The notes beneath the pieces are model-generated. The model did no database searches. It was not told where the DNA came from and worked only from the letters and a program-made list of their open reading frames with translations. 27,976 nt of DNA, taken from the NCBI GenBank assembly GCA_031372065.1, contig JANMKN010000071.1, positions 1 through 27,976 on the forward strand. The letters run 5' to 3'. The DNA comes from Abditibacteriaceae bacterium (GTDB lineage Bacteria > Armatimonadota > Abditibacteriia > Abditibacteriales > Abditibacteriaceae). Below are positions 1 to 8,447 of this stretch, piece by piece; the first letter of the stretch is position 1; each line of letters opens with the position of its first letter. Made by a program: the position numbers and the translations under genes.

Positions 1-33
1 GACGTGAAGTCCGCGACGCTACTCCCCTTCGTG
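1..33 (-). ncRNA. 5' part of a probable yybP-ykoY (Mn2+) riboswitch, truncated by the window edge
   Basis: Minus strand reads GAAGGGGAGTAGCGTC-GCGGAC-TTCAC-GTC. AGGGGAGTAGC is the conserved 5' motif of yybP-ykoY aptamers and is followed by the start of a P2-like hairpin. The 3' half lies outside the window. Confidence 0.55.
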
Positions 34-112
34 TGCCACAAAAGTCGCAAAAGCAAGGCCGCAGGTTCCTTTTTTATTTCTGATGTGCCAAAGCGCTTGC
101 TAAACTGCCCGC

Positions 113-2488
113 GTGCGAATAGGACGATGGGGCCTCCGGCTTTTGCGTGATGCAGGGCGCGCTTTGCGACGACCTCTGACGCGTCGCTTGCTGGGCGTGC
201 TGCTTTTGCTGTGGCTGTTGGATCAGGCCATTTATTTCGCCACCGAAACGCAATGGCAAAGCGCCGCTGGTTTTGGCGCCGTGTGGCAAGCGCGCTTTTT
301 GGCAGAAATCGTTTTATTTAGCGGTGCGTTTGGCCTGACGTTTTTGTTTTCGTTGCTATTGTGGCCTTTAGTCGCCTTGCCCGCCAGTGCGCCGAAACTG
401 CCGTCGCAATATGCATGGCTCGAACGCCGCTTACGCGTTTTAAATCGCTTCGATGGGCGCGTGGCGCGGCTTCTCATTTTTATCGGCGCATTATGGAATG
501 GCCTGCAAGCAGCGGCGCATTGGCCGCAATGGATGCTCTTTTGGCACGGCGAAAATTGGGGCGTTCGGGCGCCGTTTTGGGATGCGGATGTCGCGTTTTG
601 GATTTTCCGCCTGCCGTTTTGGAATTTGCTGTTACATATTCTGCAAAGGGCGCTATTAATTGTCCTTTTTTGCGGATTTTTTCTGGCTTTGGGGCGTGGC
701 GCGGCGCGTTTTCTTAGTCGCTCACCGGCTTTGCCGCGTCGCGCTTTGCGCGGTTTGATTTTGCTTGGCATTGCGTTTTTCGTGGTGCGCGCCCTGCAAT
801 TTTCTTTGATGCCTTTTGGCGAAATGGCGACTTTGGAAGCGGACGCCGCGTGGAATGCCCGTGTGCCTGCGTGGTGGCTCGGCACGCTTTTGAATTTGTG
901 GCCCGTGGTTGTTTTATGTTCTTTGTTGTTGCGCGGACGCGGGCCTCATCGCGTTTTGCTTTTTGGCATCGGCGCGGCGTTTCTCGCGCCGCCAGTGCTG
1001 CTTTTCTTGCTGGCGCAAAACGAGAGGTTGTTTGGCATTGATGGGACATTTGTTGAGGCCAGTCGCACAGCGACACAGCAGGCTTGGGGTTTGAGTGATT
1101 TAGAAATAACGGAATGGAATTCGGTGGATGCCGTTCGCACAGTGCCACAAAAAGCGGAATGGCTTCAGCAACTCGACTTTAAGGAAGAAACGCCAGTTGC
1201 CAAAACGGGAGCGGCTATTTCTATCAACACATCACTACAACGCGTTTTGTGGGCGTGGCGATTGCGCAATTTCAATCTCATTGGAGGCGCAAGATATTTC
1301 ACTCCACGTCGCTCTTTTGAACAGCAACGCGCCGCTCTCGCGCCATTTTTGTGGCCCGGCGGCGAGGTGCGGCGCGTGGTAATTGGCCGCCAAAATTTTT
1401 GGCTTCAAGAATTGCTGGTCGTGAGCGATAATTTTCCCGGCGCGGCGCATGAAACGCTGGATTTGAACGGCCAAGATCACAACATTAACACGGTGCGTCC
1501 GGCGGCTTTGATGGTTTTTGAAGAGCAAAGCGGCACCACAAAATTTTATGCGTTGCAAGAAACGCCGGACGAGATTACAAGCGCTTGGCAACGCGCTTTG
1601 CCGGTTTTGATTTTACCGCTCGAAAAGTTATCGTCCGAATTGAAAAGCGAGCGCCGCTATCCCGCCGAATTGTTGAAACGACAGGCGCATCAGTTGTCGG
1701 AAATCGCGGGCGCCGATTGGCATTTAGCGCAGCAAATCGGCGCCTCCGATATGGAGAGCGTGCAGGAACCGATTCTGACAAGATTTAACAGCACGACGAA
1801 TTTGCAAATTGCGCTTTGCGGCGATGTGCGCGGCGAAAATTTAGCGGCGCTTTTGAGCGCGCGTTGCGATTCCTTTGGCAAATTATCGCTGCTACGTTTT
1901 GATGTGCCCGAAAGCCAAATAGCGCCTTTGGATTCGGGTTTAAGCGGCCCCAATGTGCTGGCCGAGCGCGTTGAGGGCGCGTTGCCGGAAGAAACAATTG
2001 TGCAAGACGAAAAACCGCTCACGCGACGTTTGTGGTTTGGTGGTTTGGTGCGGCCCGTCGCCTTTGAAAAACGCGTTTGGCTTTGGCAACCGCTGTGGCG
2101 CAAACGCGCGGGCGGAAACAAAAATGCAGGTTATGTTGTGGCCGATGCCGCATGGCGCGACGGGCCAATTGGTGTCGGGCACGATGCCATTGCTGCGCTA
2201 AACGATTGGGCGCGTCTGGCGAAACTTTGGAACCATGCGGATGCCACGCAGCGCGACGAGAATTTCGCGGCGCGTTTGCACGTTTTGCTGGAGCCGAAAA
2301 AGGCGCGCGACGAAGCGCAGATTGCCGATTCCATTCAGCGCGCCGCCGCTTTGCACGGGGCCGCCGCGCGCGCCGAAAAAACTAATCGGGCCGTCGCGGC
2401 GCGTTTGCGGCAGGACGAAGGCAAAATTCTACAAAAATTGCAAAAATTAGCGCCGGTTGCCACGCCATCGCCCGCGCCCGCCGATTGA
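113..2488 (+). CDS. UPF0182 (COG1615)-like multi-pass membrane protein, divergent
   Basis: 791-aa ORF with several N-terminal TM helices. Motifs WGVRAPFWDADVAFWIFRLPF, ASRTATQQAWGL and RRYPAELLKRQ resemble UPF0182 motifs (FGxxDPxFxxDxxFYxFxLP, TRxAYGL, RYPxDLF). Start codon uncertain. Confidence 0.65.
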   Translation: MRIGRWGLRLLRDAGRALRRPLTRRLLGVLLLLWLLDQAIYFATETQWQSAAGFGAVWQARFLAEIVLFSGAFGLTFLFSLLLWPLVALPASAPKLPSQYAWLERRLRVLNRFDGRVARLLIFIGALWNGLQAAAHWPQWMLFWHGENWGVRAPFWDADVAFWIFRLPFWNLLLHILQRALLIVLFCGFFLALGRGAARFLSRSPALPRRALRGLILLGIAFFVVRALQFSLMPFGEMATLEADAAWNARVPAWWLGTLLNLWPVVVLCSLLLRGRGPHRVLLFGIGAAFLAPPVLLFLLAQNERLFGIDGTFVEASRTATQQAWGLSDLEITEWNSVDAVRTVPQKAEWLQQLDFKEETPVAKTGAAISINTSLQRVLWAWRLRNFNLIGGARYFTPRRSFEQQRAALAPFLWPGGEVRRVVIGRQNFWLQELLVVSDNFPGAAHETLDLNGQDHNINTVRPAALMVFEEQSGTTKFYALQETPDEITSAWQRALPVLILPLEKLSSELKSERRYPAELLKRQAHQLSEIAGADWHLAQQIGASDMESVQEPILTRFNSTTNLQIALCGDVRGENLAALLSARCDSFGKLSLLRFDVPESQIAPLDSGLSGPNVLAERVEGALPEETIVQDEKPLTRRLWFGGLVRPVAFEKRVWLWQPLWRKRAGGNKNAGYVVADAAWRDGPIGVGHDAIAALNDWARLAKLWNHADATQRDENFAARLHVLLEPKKARDEAQIADSIQRAAALHGAAARAEKTNRAVAARLRQDEGKILQKLQKLAPVATPSPAPAD

Positions 2489-2557
2489 ATAATCTGGTAT
2501 GCTTTTTCGGGAAAACCGTGGATTGAATTTCGGATTGAACCCCGTTGGAAAATTGCC

Positions 2558-2872
2558 ATGAGCGAAGAAAAAAATGCCGTTCGCCTGACCGAAGACGAAG
2601 TCAATTACATCGCCAATTTATCGCGCTTGCATTTATCGCAGGCCGAGCGAGATCGCGCGGCGGGCGAACTGTCACAAATTCTGGATTCCTTTGAAAAGTT
2701 GAAAGAACTCGACACCGACGGCGTGGAGCCAACCGACCATGTTTTGCCGGTTGTCAACGTGCTGCGCGCCGATAAATCGCGGCCCGGCTTATCCACCGAA
2801 GCCGCCTTGCAAAACGCCCCCGAACAAGCCGCGAATATGTTCCAAGTGCCGCGTGTGGTGGAAGCCGAATGA
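2558..2872 (+). CDS. gatC: Asp-tRNA(Asn)/Glu-tRNA(Gln) amidotransferase subunit C
   Basis: 104 aa with IANLSRL, LKELDTDGVEPT, NVLRAD and FQVPRVVE; directly upstream of gatA. Confidence 0.96.
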   Translation: MSEEKNAVRLTEDEVNYIANLSRLHLSQAERDRAAGELSQILDSFEKLKELDTDGVEPTDHVLPVVNVLRADKSRPGLSTEAALQNAPEQAANMFQVPRVVEAE

Positions 2873-2875
2873 AAG

Positions 2876-2930
2876 TGACGAATTATGATTGACGAGTGAC
2901 GAATCAAAACTCGTCAATCATAATTCGTCA
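2876..2930. repeat. 22-bp perfect inverted repeat built from heptamer units, between gatC and gatA
   Basis: TGACGAATTATGATTGACGAGT (2876-2897) and ACTCGTCAATCATAATTCGTCA (2909-2930), 11-nt loop. Confidence 0.9.
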
Positions 2931-2942
2931 ATTGTCACTCCT

Positions 2943-4406
2943 ATGTCCCTCATTGAACTCAGCGCCTATCAACTGGCGCAGCAGATTAAACAGAAAAAAA
3001 TGTCGTGCCGCGAAGTGACGGACGAATTTTTGCGGCGCATTGAACAAGTCGAAGAGCGCGTCAAAGCCTTCGTCACCGTGTTGCCCGAAGAAGCGCGCAA
3101 ACGCGCCGATGCCCTTGATCGCCGCGTCGCGTCGGGCGAAGATATTGGCGCTTTGGGCGGCGTGCCGGTGGCCGTCAAAGATTTGATTTGCACCAAAGGC
3201 ATTCGCACCACTTGCTCGTCGAAGATGCTCGAAAACTTTGTGCCGCCTTACGATGCGCACGTCGCCGAACGCCTCGCCGCCGATGGCGCCGTGATGATCG
3301 GCAAAGCCAACATGGACGAGTTTGCGATGGGCAGTTCGACAGAAAACTCGGCCTTTTTTCCAACGCGCAATCCGTGGGATTTAAATCGCGTGCCCGGCGG
3401 CAGTTCCGGCGGTTCCACCGCTGCCGTGGCCGCGCTCGAAGCGCCTTTAGCGCTTGGCTCCGACACCGGCGGCTCGATTCGTCAACCGGCAGCGTATTGC
3501 GGTTGCGTCGGCCTCAAACCAACTTACGGCCTCGTTTCGCGCTATGGCTTGATTGCCTTTGCGAGTTCGCTCGACCAAATTGGCCCGATTACCAACGATG
3601 TGCGCGACAGCGCGCTTTTGCTGCAAAGCATCGCCGGCCATGACCGGCGCGATTCAACTTCGATTAATCGTCCTTTGCCGAATTATCTGGACGCTTTAAC
3701 CGGCGATGTCAAAGGTTTGCGCATCGGCGTGCCCAAAGAATTTTTCGCGCAAGGCGTGGAAAGTTATGTCGTTGACGCCGTGCGCGCCGCGATTGATAAA
3801 TTATGCGAACTGGGCGCCGAAGCGGTGGAAGTTTCGATGCCAAGTGCCGAATATGCTTTAGCCACGTATTACATCATCGCGCCCAGCGAAGCGAGTTCCA
3901 ACTTGGCGAAATACGACGGCGTGCAATATGGTTTGCGCGTGGACGAAGCGGGTGACGACATCGTGGCGATGTATTCCAAATCGCGCGCGGCAGGCTTTGG
4001 TCACGAAGTGCAGCATCGCATTATGATTGGCACGCACGCGCTCAGTTCGGGCTTTTACGACGCGTATTATTTGAAAGCGCAAAAAGTGCGCACTTTAATT
4101 CGCCGCGACTTTGAACGGGCCTTTGAAAAGTGCGATATTTTAGCTACGCCGACCGCGCCCACAACGGCTTTTGAAATCGGCTCGAAAACGGATGACCCGT
4201 TTGCCATGAAATTGGCCGATGTTTGCACCATTCCCGTCAACATGGCCGGTCTGCCGGGCCTTTCGCTGCCTTGTGGCTTGCATCAAGGCTTGCCAATCGG
4301 CTTGCAACTAATTGGAAACCTGCTGGATGAAAGCACCATTCTGCGCGCCGCTCACGCCTATGAACAAGCGACAGCTTGGCACACGCAGCGCGCCGAACTG
4401 AAGTGA
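2943..4406 (+). CDS. gatA: Amidotransferase subunit A (amidase)
   Basis: Amidase signature: [44 protein letters not shown] 2943 preferred because the upstream extension is repeat-derived. Confidence 0.97.
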   Translation: MSLIELSAYQLAQQIKQKKMSCREVTDEFLRRIEQVEERVKAFVTVLPEEARKRADALDRRVASGEDIGALGGVPVAVKDLICTKGIRTTCSSKMLENFVPPYDAHVAERLAADGAVMIGKANMDEFAMGSSTENSAFFPTRNPWDLNRVPGGSSGGSTAAVAALEAPLALGSDTGGSIRQPAAYCGCVGLKPTYGLVSRYGLIAFASSLDQIGPITNDVRDSALLLQSIAGHDRRDSTSINRPLPNYLDALTGDVKGLRIGVPKEFFAQGVESYVVDAVRAAIDKLCELGAEAVEVSMPSAEYALATYYIIAPSEASSNLAKYDGVQYGLRVDEAGDDIVAMYSKSRAAGFGHEVQHRIMIGTHALSSGFYDAYYLKAQKVRTLIRRDFERAFEKCDILATPTAPTTAFEIGSKTDDPFAMKLADVCTIPVNMAGLPGLSLPCGLHQGLPIGLQLIGNLLDESTILRAAHAYEQATAWHTQRAELK

Positions 4407-4430
4407 AATAAGGAGAGTGCTGACTGCCCT

Positions 4431-5531
4431 ATGCCTACCCAACACCTCGATACTCTTATGGAGTATTTTCAATGGCTTAACAAGGAAATCGCTGATAGAA
4501 ATGTCCGTAGCGAAAGTGATTTGTCGCGTGCTGTGGAAATCGGATTCAACAATGGGAAGTCACTGATGCGATTGTTAGGCTATTCGCGGGAGGATGTCAC
4601 GGAGCAATCACTCATCAAAGTTGGAACTACGAGTTTGAGGGTGGATTTTCGTGTCGGCAAACAGGAAAATAGCTGGCTGCTCGATTTGAAATTTCCGTGC
4701 GGAAAATTTAATTGCGAAAGTGCGGTGAATCAAATGAAGAGCTATCTACTCATCACCGGATTGCCTTTTGGCGTTCTTTTTGATGGTCGTAATGCTTGTG
4801 TCGTCATTTACTCAAATCACAGAGATTTAAGAAACTGGCGTGATTACGCAGATAAGGCTATTTGTGAGACACAGGTGGAGCAAGATGGAGATTGCCGAGA
4901 ACTAACAAAGTTTTTCAAGTTATTGCACGCGGACTTTTTGCAAAAAGAAAGTGGCGCAGTAGAAATCGCACGAAAAATGGCGAGAAAACAGCGCGACATA
5001 GATACAGCAAAGAAGCGTCACGACGAAATAATCGAGACGATCCAAGCGGCATTCCAAACTTCGACACAGGCCTTAGCCGTTCAATTGGCAGTGTTGCCTG
5101 AATTGAAGAACATTCACGCACAGCCACAGGAAGTGTTGGCCGCTCTGCGAACGCTGCATTTGGTTAAACGGCAGCCGACAAACACAGACCCTATAGGGAT
5201 AACAAACCCAACTCCGCCTCCACAGAACAAAATCAATCCGCAGATTCGCAGATTGATCGTCGAAATTTGCGAATCACACGACTTTGAATTTTTGCAAGCA
5301 CAACACATTCCCAAACTGAGAATAAGAACGGACGGCCATGTGGGAAATGGTTACATGGCTGTGACCGGTTCCGGTGTGCCCGAAGGGCTAACGGTTGGCG
5401 GAGTGGATAGGCCAACGGGATTAGAAATTATCCGACAATTAGAGCGAATTCAAGGTATGCCACCACAAACAATCACCAATCCGCCGCGTGGTGCGACGAA
5501 GTCCGGCAGGCGAACTGGTGCGCGCTCGTGA
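4431..5531 (+). CDS. Putative PD-(D/E)xK nuclease with HsdR N-terminal-like domain (accessory gene)
   Basis: N-terminal LGY...RVDF...LLDLK...QMKSY...FGVLFDG pattern resembles HSDR_N-type domains; more AT-rich and codon-atypical than gatA; AAGGAG upstream. Confidence 0.55.
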   Translation: MPTQHLDTLMEYFQWLNKEIADRNVRSESDLSRAVEIGFNNGKSLMRLLGYSREDVTEQSLIKVGTTSLRVDFRVGKQENSWLLDLKFPCGKFNCESAVNQMKSYLLITGLPFGVLFDGRNACVVIYSNHRDLRNWRDYADKAICETQVEQDGDCRELTKFFKLLHADFLQKESGAVEIARKMARKQRDIDTAKKRHDEIIETIQAAFQTSTQALAVQLAVLPELKNIHAQPQEVLAALRTLHLVKRQPTNTDPIGITNPTPPPQNKINPQIRRLIVEICESHDFEFLQAQHIPKLRIRTDGHVGNGYMAVTGSGVPEGLTVGGVDRPTGLEIIRQLERIQGMPPQTITNPPRGATKSGRRTGARS

Positions 5532-5546
5532 GGTGAAACAAGAATC

Positions 5547-5636
5547 ATGTCCAAATACGAAAGCACCCTTTTGCGCGCCGCGCACGCTTACGAACAGGCG
5601 ACAGAGTGGCACACACAACGCGCCGATTTAAAGTGA
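5547..5636 (+). pseudogene. Chimeric 29-codon mini-ORF: gatB head (MSKYE) fused to a gatA 3' tail copy
   Basis: Translates [29 protein letters not shown]. 5547-5562 matches gatB 8448-8463 at 15/16 nt; 5559-5637 matches gatA 4329-4407 at 66/79 nt. SD-like GAGGTGA at 5530-5536. Confidence 0.9.
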
Positions 5637-5692
5637 ATTTAAAAGGTTTCGCTCAACTGGCATATCCCAATCATCGAAACAGGAGAATTAAT

Positions 5693-7492
5693 ATGCAATC
5701 ATCAGTTCGTTGTCCGCTGGCCGCTGTGTCAGCCTTTATCCTGACCTGTCTCTTTACGACCGCTGTGTGTGGCCAAAACGCCACTGATGCCCAAGCCACC
5801 AAGCTTTTCGACCAAATGGACATTGGTGGGCTTTATAAGAACGAGATGCTTGACCTACAAGAGTTGAGTGGTGACAATCTTAAATGGTTGCAATACGACG
5901 CGAATTACAACAATTACGTTGAGAAAAGAGAGTTCTTGGCCGGCTACGCTAAAGGTGTGCCTCCACAGCGCGCGACGGATCAAGAAGCCTTAAACCTCTT
6001 TCGAAAACTTGACACCGATGGAGACGGGTATTTCTTCAACGACGCGGTTTATGCCAAATATCCAGCCTATGATATCGGTGGCGACAGGAGTATTTCAATC
6101 ACGGAATTCCTGAACGGTTACGCCAAAGAGCATACATCGCAAGGTCAAACGGCGCCCTCAGTTTCGCAGCCAACACCTCCGGCACCAACCGGCGCGCTGC
6201 CATGGAAAGCGGGCGATGCCGTCGAGTATTCATGGAACGGCAATTGGTATCCGGCCACGGTTTTAGGCGTGCAGGTTGGGCAATACCAGATTCATTACAA
6301 AGATTGGCCGGAGGGCCGCTTTGAGTTAGTTCCACCGGCGCGCGTTCGTCCACGGGCTGGACAGCCAATGCCCCAACCTGCCCAGCCCACCGCTTCTTTA
6401 CCGACAGCCTCGCAGCCAACGTTTCAGCCGGCAACTTCCGCTGCTGATAAGCAAAGGCGCATCGCCGAGTTGCAGAATTTAAACAAAGACCTTAAAGCCC
6501 TCATCGCCAAAATGGAGAATGATGCGGCGCTTCAAACCGCTGTTGAAAACCTTCGCCAGACAGTGGCCCGATATGAGCGCGATATTGAAAGCCTGCAAAA
6601 TCAAACCTCATTCCTGCCACCGTCCGGCCTGCCGCCATCCGGCAATGGCGGAATTCCAAGCAACAACGGCGGGAATAGCGCCTCTGGTCCGCTCAAAATC
6701 AACGACATTGTGGAATCGGCATCGCTGGGCCGTTGGGATAAGAGAAACATCTTTGCTGCGAGAATCATTGGCATTCAGGAGGATGAGCCGAAGTATAGGC
6801 TCCGCTCCTTCACCGGCGTTGATGGCTCGCGCGATTTTTACAACTACTCGCAAAATGTGCGTCGTCCGCAAAACGCGGTTTACGATGATTACGATCCGCG
6901 CCTGTTCATTGGCTCGTGGCAAATAGGCAGTAGCCACGCCAGTTCAACTACGGTCATCGGAGAGCGTGACACATCCATCGGCACCGAGGTTACTACCCAA
7001 ACCGAGCAGAGCGACTTAGCTTACACCAGGGCCTTGACCATCAACGGCGATAAAACCTACGTTTGGAAGCCAACGCCAACTCAAACCTTCAAAGGCCAGT
7101 GGGCCATATCGAATAACCCGGACTATCCGATCACCTTGCAGAAGGTAGGTGGCGCGGCGGATTGGGGTGTGGGCGCTCATGCCAGGCAAAACAGCGCTTA
7201 TAATTTGAGAGTTCACAATTTTGCTACCAGCCAAACCTTCTGGGGGCCACCAGTAGGCACAATGGTCTCGATTCCACCACTCATCGCCGCTCCAAAGGGT
7301 GCCGCCTCGGCTCCCGCATCTCGCTGGAAAAAAGGCGATAAAGTCGAATATAACATGGGTGTTACAGCTACCCCTTGGCGTAAGGTAACCATCCTTGATG
7401 TGGATAATGGCCAATACCAAATTCACTTTGATGGATCATCCTCTACCTGGGATATATGGGCTGATGAAGCCAGGCTTCGTGCCCGACAGTAA
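5693..7492 (+). CDS. Secreted multidomain protein: EF-hand-like loops, Tudor/Agenet-like (SH3-fold) repeats and a coiled coil
   Basis: AGGAG at 5681-5685 favours ATG 5693; signal-peptide-like N-terminus; loops DANYNNYVEKRE, DTDGDG and DIGGDRSISITE; repeats WKAGDAVEYSWNGNWYPATV...YQIHY and WKKGDKVEY...YQIHFDG. Confidence 0.7.
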   Translation: MQSSVRCPLAAVSAFILTCLFTTAVCGQNATDAQATKLFDQMDIGGLYKNEMLDLQELSGDNLKWLQYDANYNNYVEKREFLAGYAKGVPPQRATDQEALNLFRKLDTDGDGYFFNDAVYAKYPAYDIGGDRSISITEFLNGYAKEHTSQGQTAPSVSQPTPPAPTGALPWKAGDAVEYSWNGNWYPATVLGVQVGQYQIHYKDWPEGRFELVPPARVRPRAGQPMPQPAQPTASLPTASQPTFQPATSAADKQRRIAELQNLNKDLKALIAKMENDAALQTAVENLRQTVARYERDIESLQNQTSFLPPSGLPPSGNGGIPSNNGGNSASGPLKINDIVESASLGRWDKRNIFAARIIGIQEDEPKYRLRSFTGVDGSRDFYNYSQNVRRPQNAVYDDYDPRLFIGSWQIGSSHASSTTVIGERDTSIGTEVTTQTEQSDLAYTRALTINGDKTYVWKPTPTQTFKGQWAISNNPDYPITLQKVGGAADWGVGAHARQNSAYNLRVHNFATSQTFWGPPVGTMVSIPPLIAAPKGAASAPASRWKKGDKVEYNMGVTATPWRKVTILDVDNGQYQIHFDGSSSTWDIWADEARLRARQ

Positions 7493-7518
7493 GGGCGACT
7501 GAAAAGAACATTAAGCCT

Positions 7519-8139
7519 ATGGATGCCAGTGAAGCTGCCGAACAAATTGCCGAAGCGGGCGAGGGAGATAAATTTCGTGCTCGCGCCGCCTTGTGGATTG
7601 GCGTTTTGGCCCTGCTCATGGCCATTTCGGGCTTGGGTGGCGGCAATGCTGCCGAAGACATGGTGGCGGCCAACATCCACGCCAGCGACGCATGGGCGTT
7701 TTATCAAGCCAAAAATGTGCGCCAGACGGCCAATAAATTAGCCGCCGAGCAAATCGAAGCGCAACTGCTTTTGCAAGGCGATAAAGTCGCGCCCCAAACG
7801 CGCAAAATCATCGAAGGCAAAATCGCCAAGATGAAGGAAACAGCGGAGCGTTACGAAGACGAACCCGACAAAGAAGCGCCCAACGACCCGCTCAAAGGCG
7901 AAGGCAAAAAACAGTTGATGGCGCGGGCCAAAGATTTCGAAGCAGAGCGCGACCACGCGGGCGATCAGGACGTAAATTTCGATTTCGCCGATGTGTTTTT
8001 GCAAATCGCCGTCGTGTTGGGTTCGGTTGCCATTTTAGCCGTTTCACGCCCGATTTTGTTGATTTCTTTTGTCAGCGGCAGTTTCGGCGCTTTGCTGACG
8101 TTAAACGGATTTTTCCTGTGGTTCAAACTGCCGTTCTGA
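7519..8139 (+). CDS. DUF4337-family membrane protein
   Basis: 206 aa; N-terminal TM, ASDAWAFYQAKNVR motif, helical periplasmic region, two C-terminal TMs (FLQIAVVLGSVAIL). Confidence 0.75.
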   Translation: MDASEAAEQIAEAGEGDKFRARAALWIGVLALLMAISGLGGGNAAEDMVAANIHASDAWAFYQAKNVRQTANKLAAEQIEAQLLLQGDKVAPQTRKIIEGKIAKMKETAERYEDEPDKEAPNDPLKGEGKKQLMARAKDFEAERDHAGDQDVNFDFADVFLQIAVVLGSVAILAVSRPILLISFVSGSFGALLTLNGFFLWFKLPF

Positions 8140-8144
8140 GAAAT

Positions 8145-8444
8145 ATGGCGTTTCGACGAGACCATCAAGATCAGGAATGGACGCGTTGGCGCCGCGAATA
8201 CAATAATTTGATTATTGCGGCGCGTGTGCCGGAGTTCATCGTGGAATCGCGTCGGCATTGGTTGAGTTTTCTTGATAATGGATATTTGGAAGAATCCGGG
8301 CCTTCGCGTCAATTCAACTTCGATGTGCAAGGACTGCCAAATGACGAGCAAGAAACATTGTTACAACTCATCGAAACTTACCCCGATGGGCCTGAAAGTG
8401 AAGCCGCGCGGAGATTGCGCCAATCTTTGAAGGGCGCACATTAA
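8145..8444 (+). CDS. Hypothetical protein (99 aa)
   Basis: Fills the gap between the DUF4337 stop (8139) and the gatB start (8448); ATG at 8145 is in frame with the listed ORF. Confidence 0.7.
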   Translation: MAFRRDHQDQEWTRWRREYNNLIIAARVPEFIVESRRHWLSFLDNGYLEESGPSRQFNFDVQGLPNDEQETLLQLIETYPDGPESEAARRLRQSLKGAH

Positions 8445-8447
8445 GTT

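Noticed and set aside
4329..5637. Prophage or IS with att sites or target-site duplication, or a DGR template/variable repeat pair
   Set aside because: No recombinase, transposase or reverse transcriptase is present; the differences are mostly synonymous and not adenine-specific, and the copy is fused to a gatB head.
5606..5692. Longer start for the EF-hand/Tudor-like protein
   Set aside because: It begins inside the gatA-tail copy; the RBS and signal peptide support ATG 5693.
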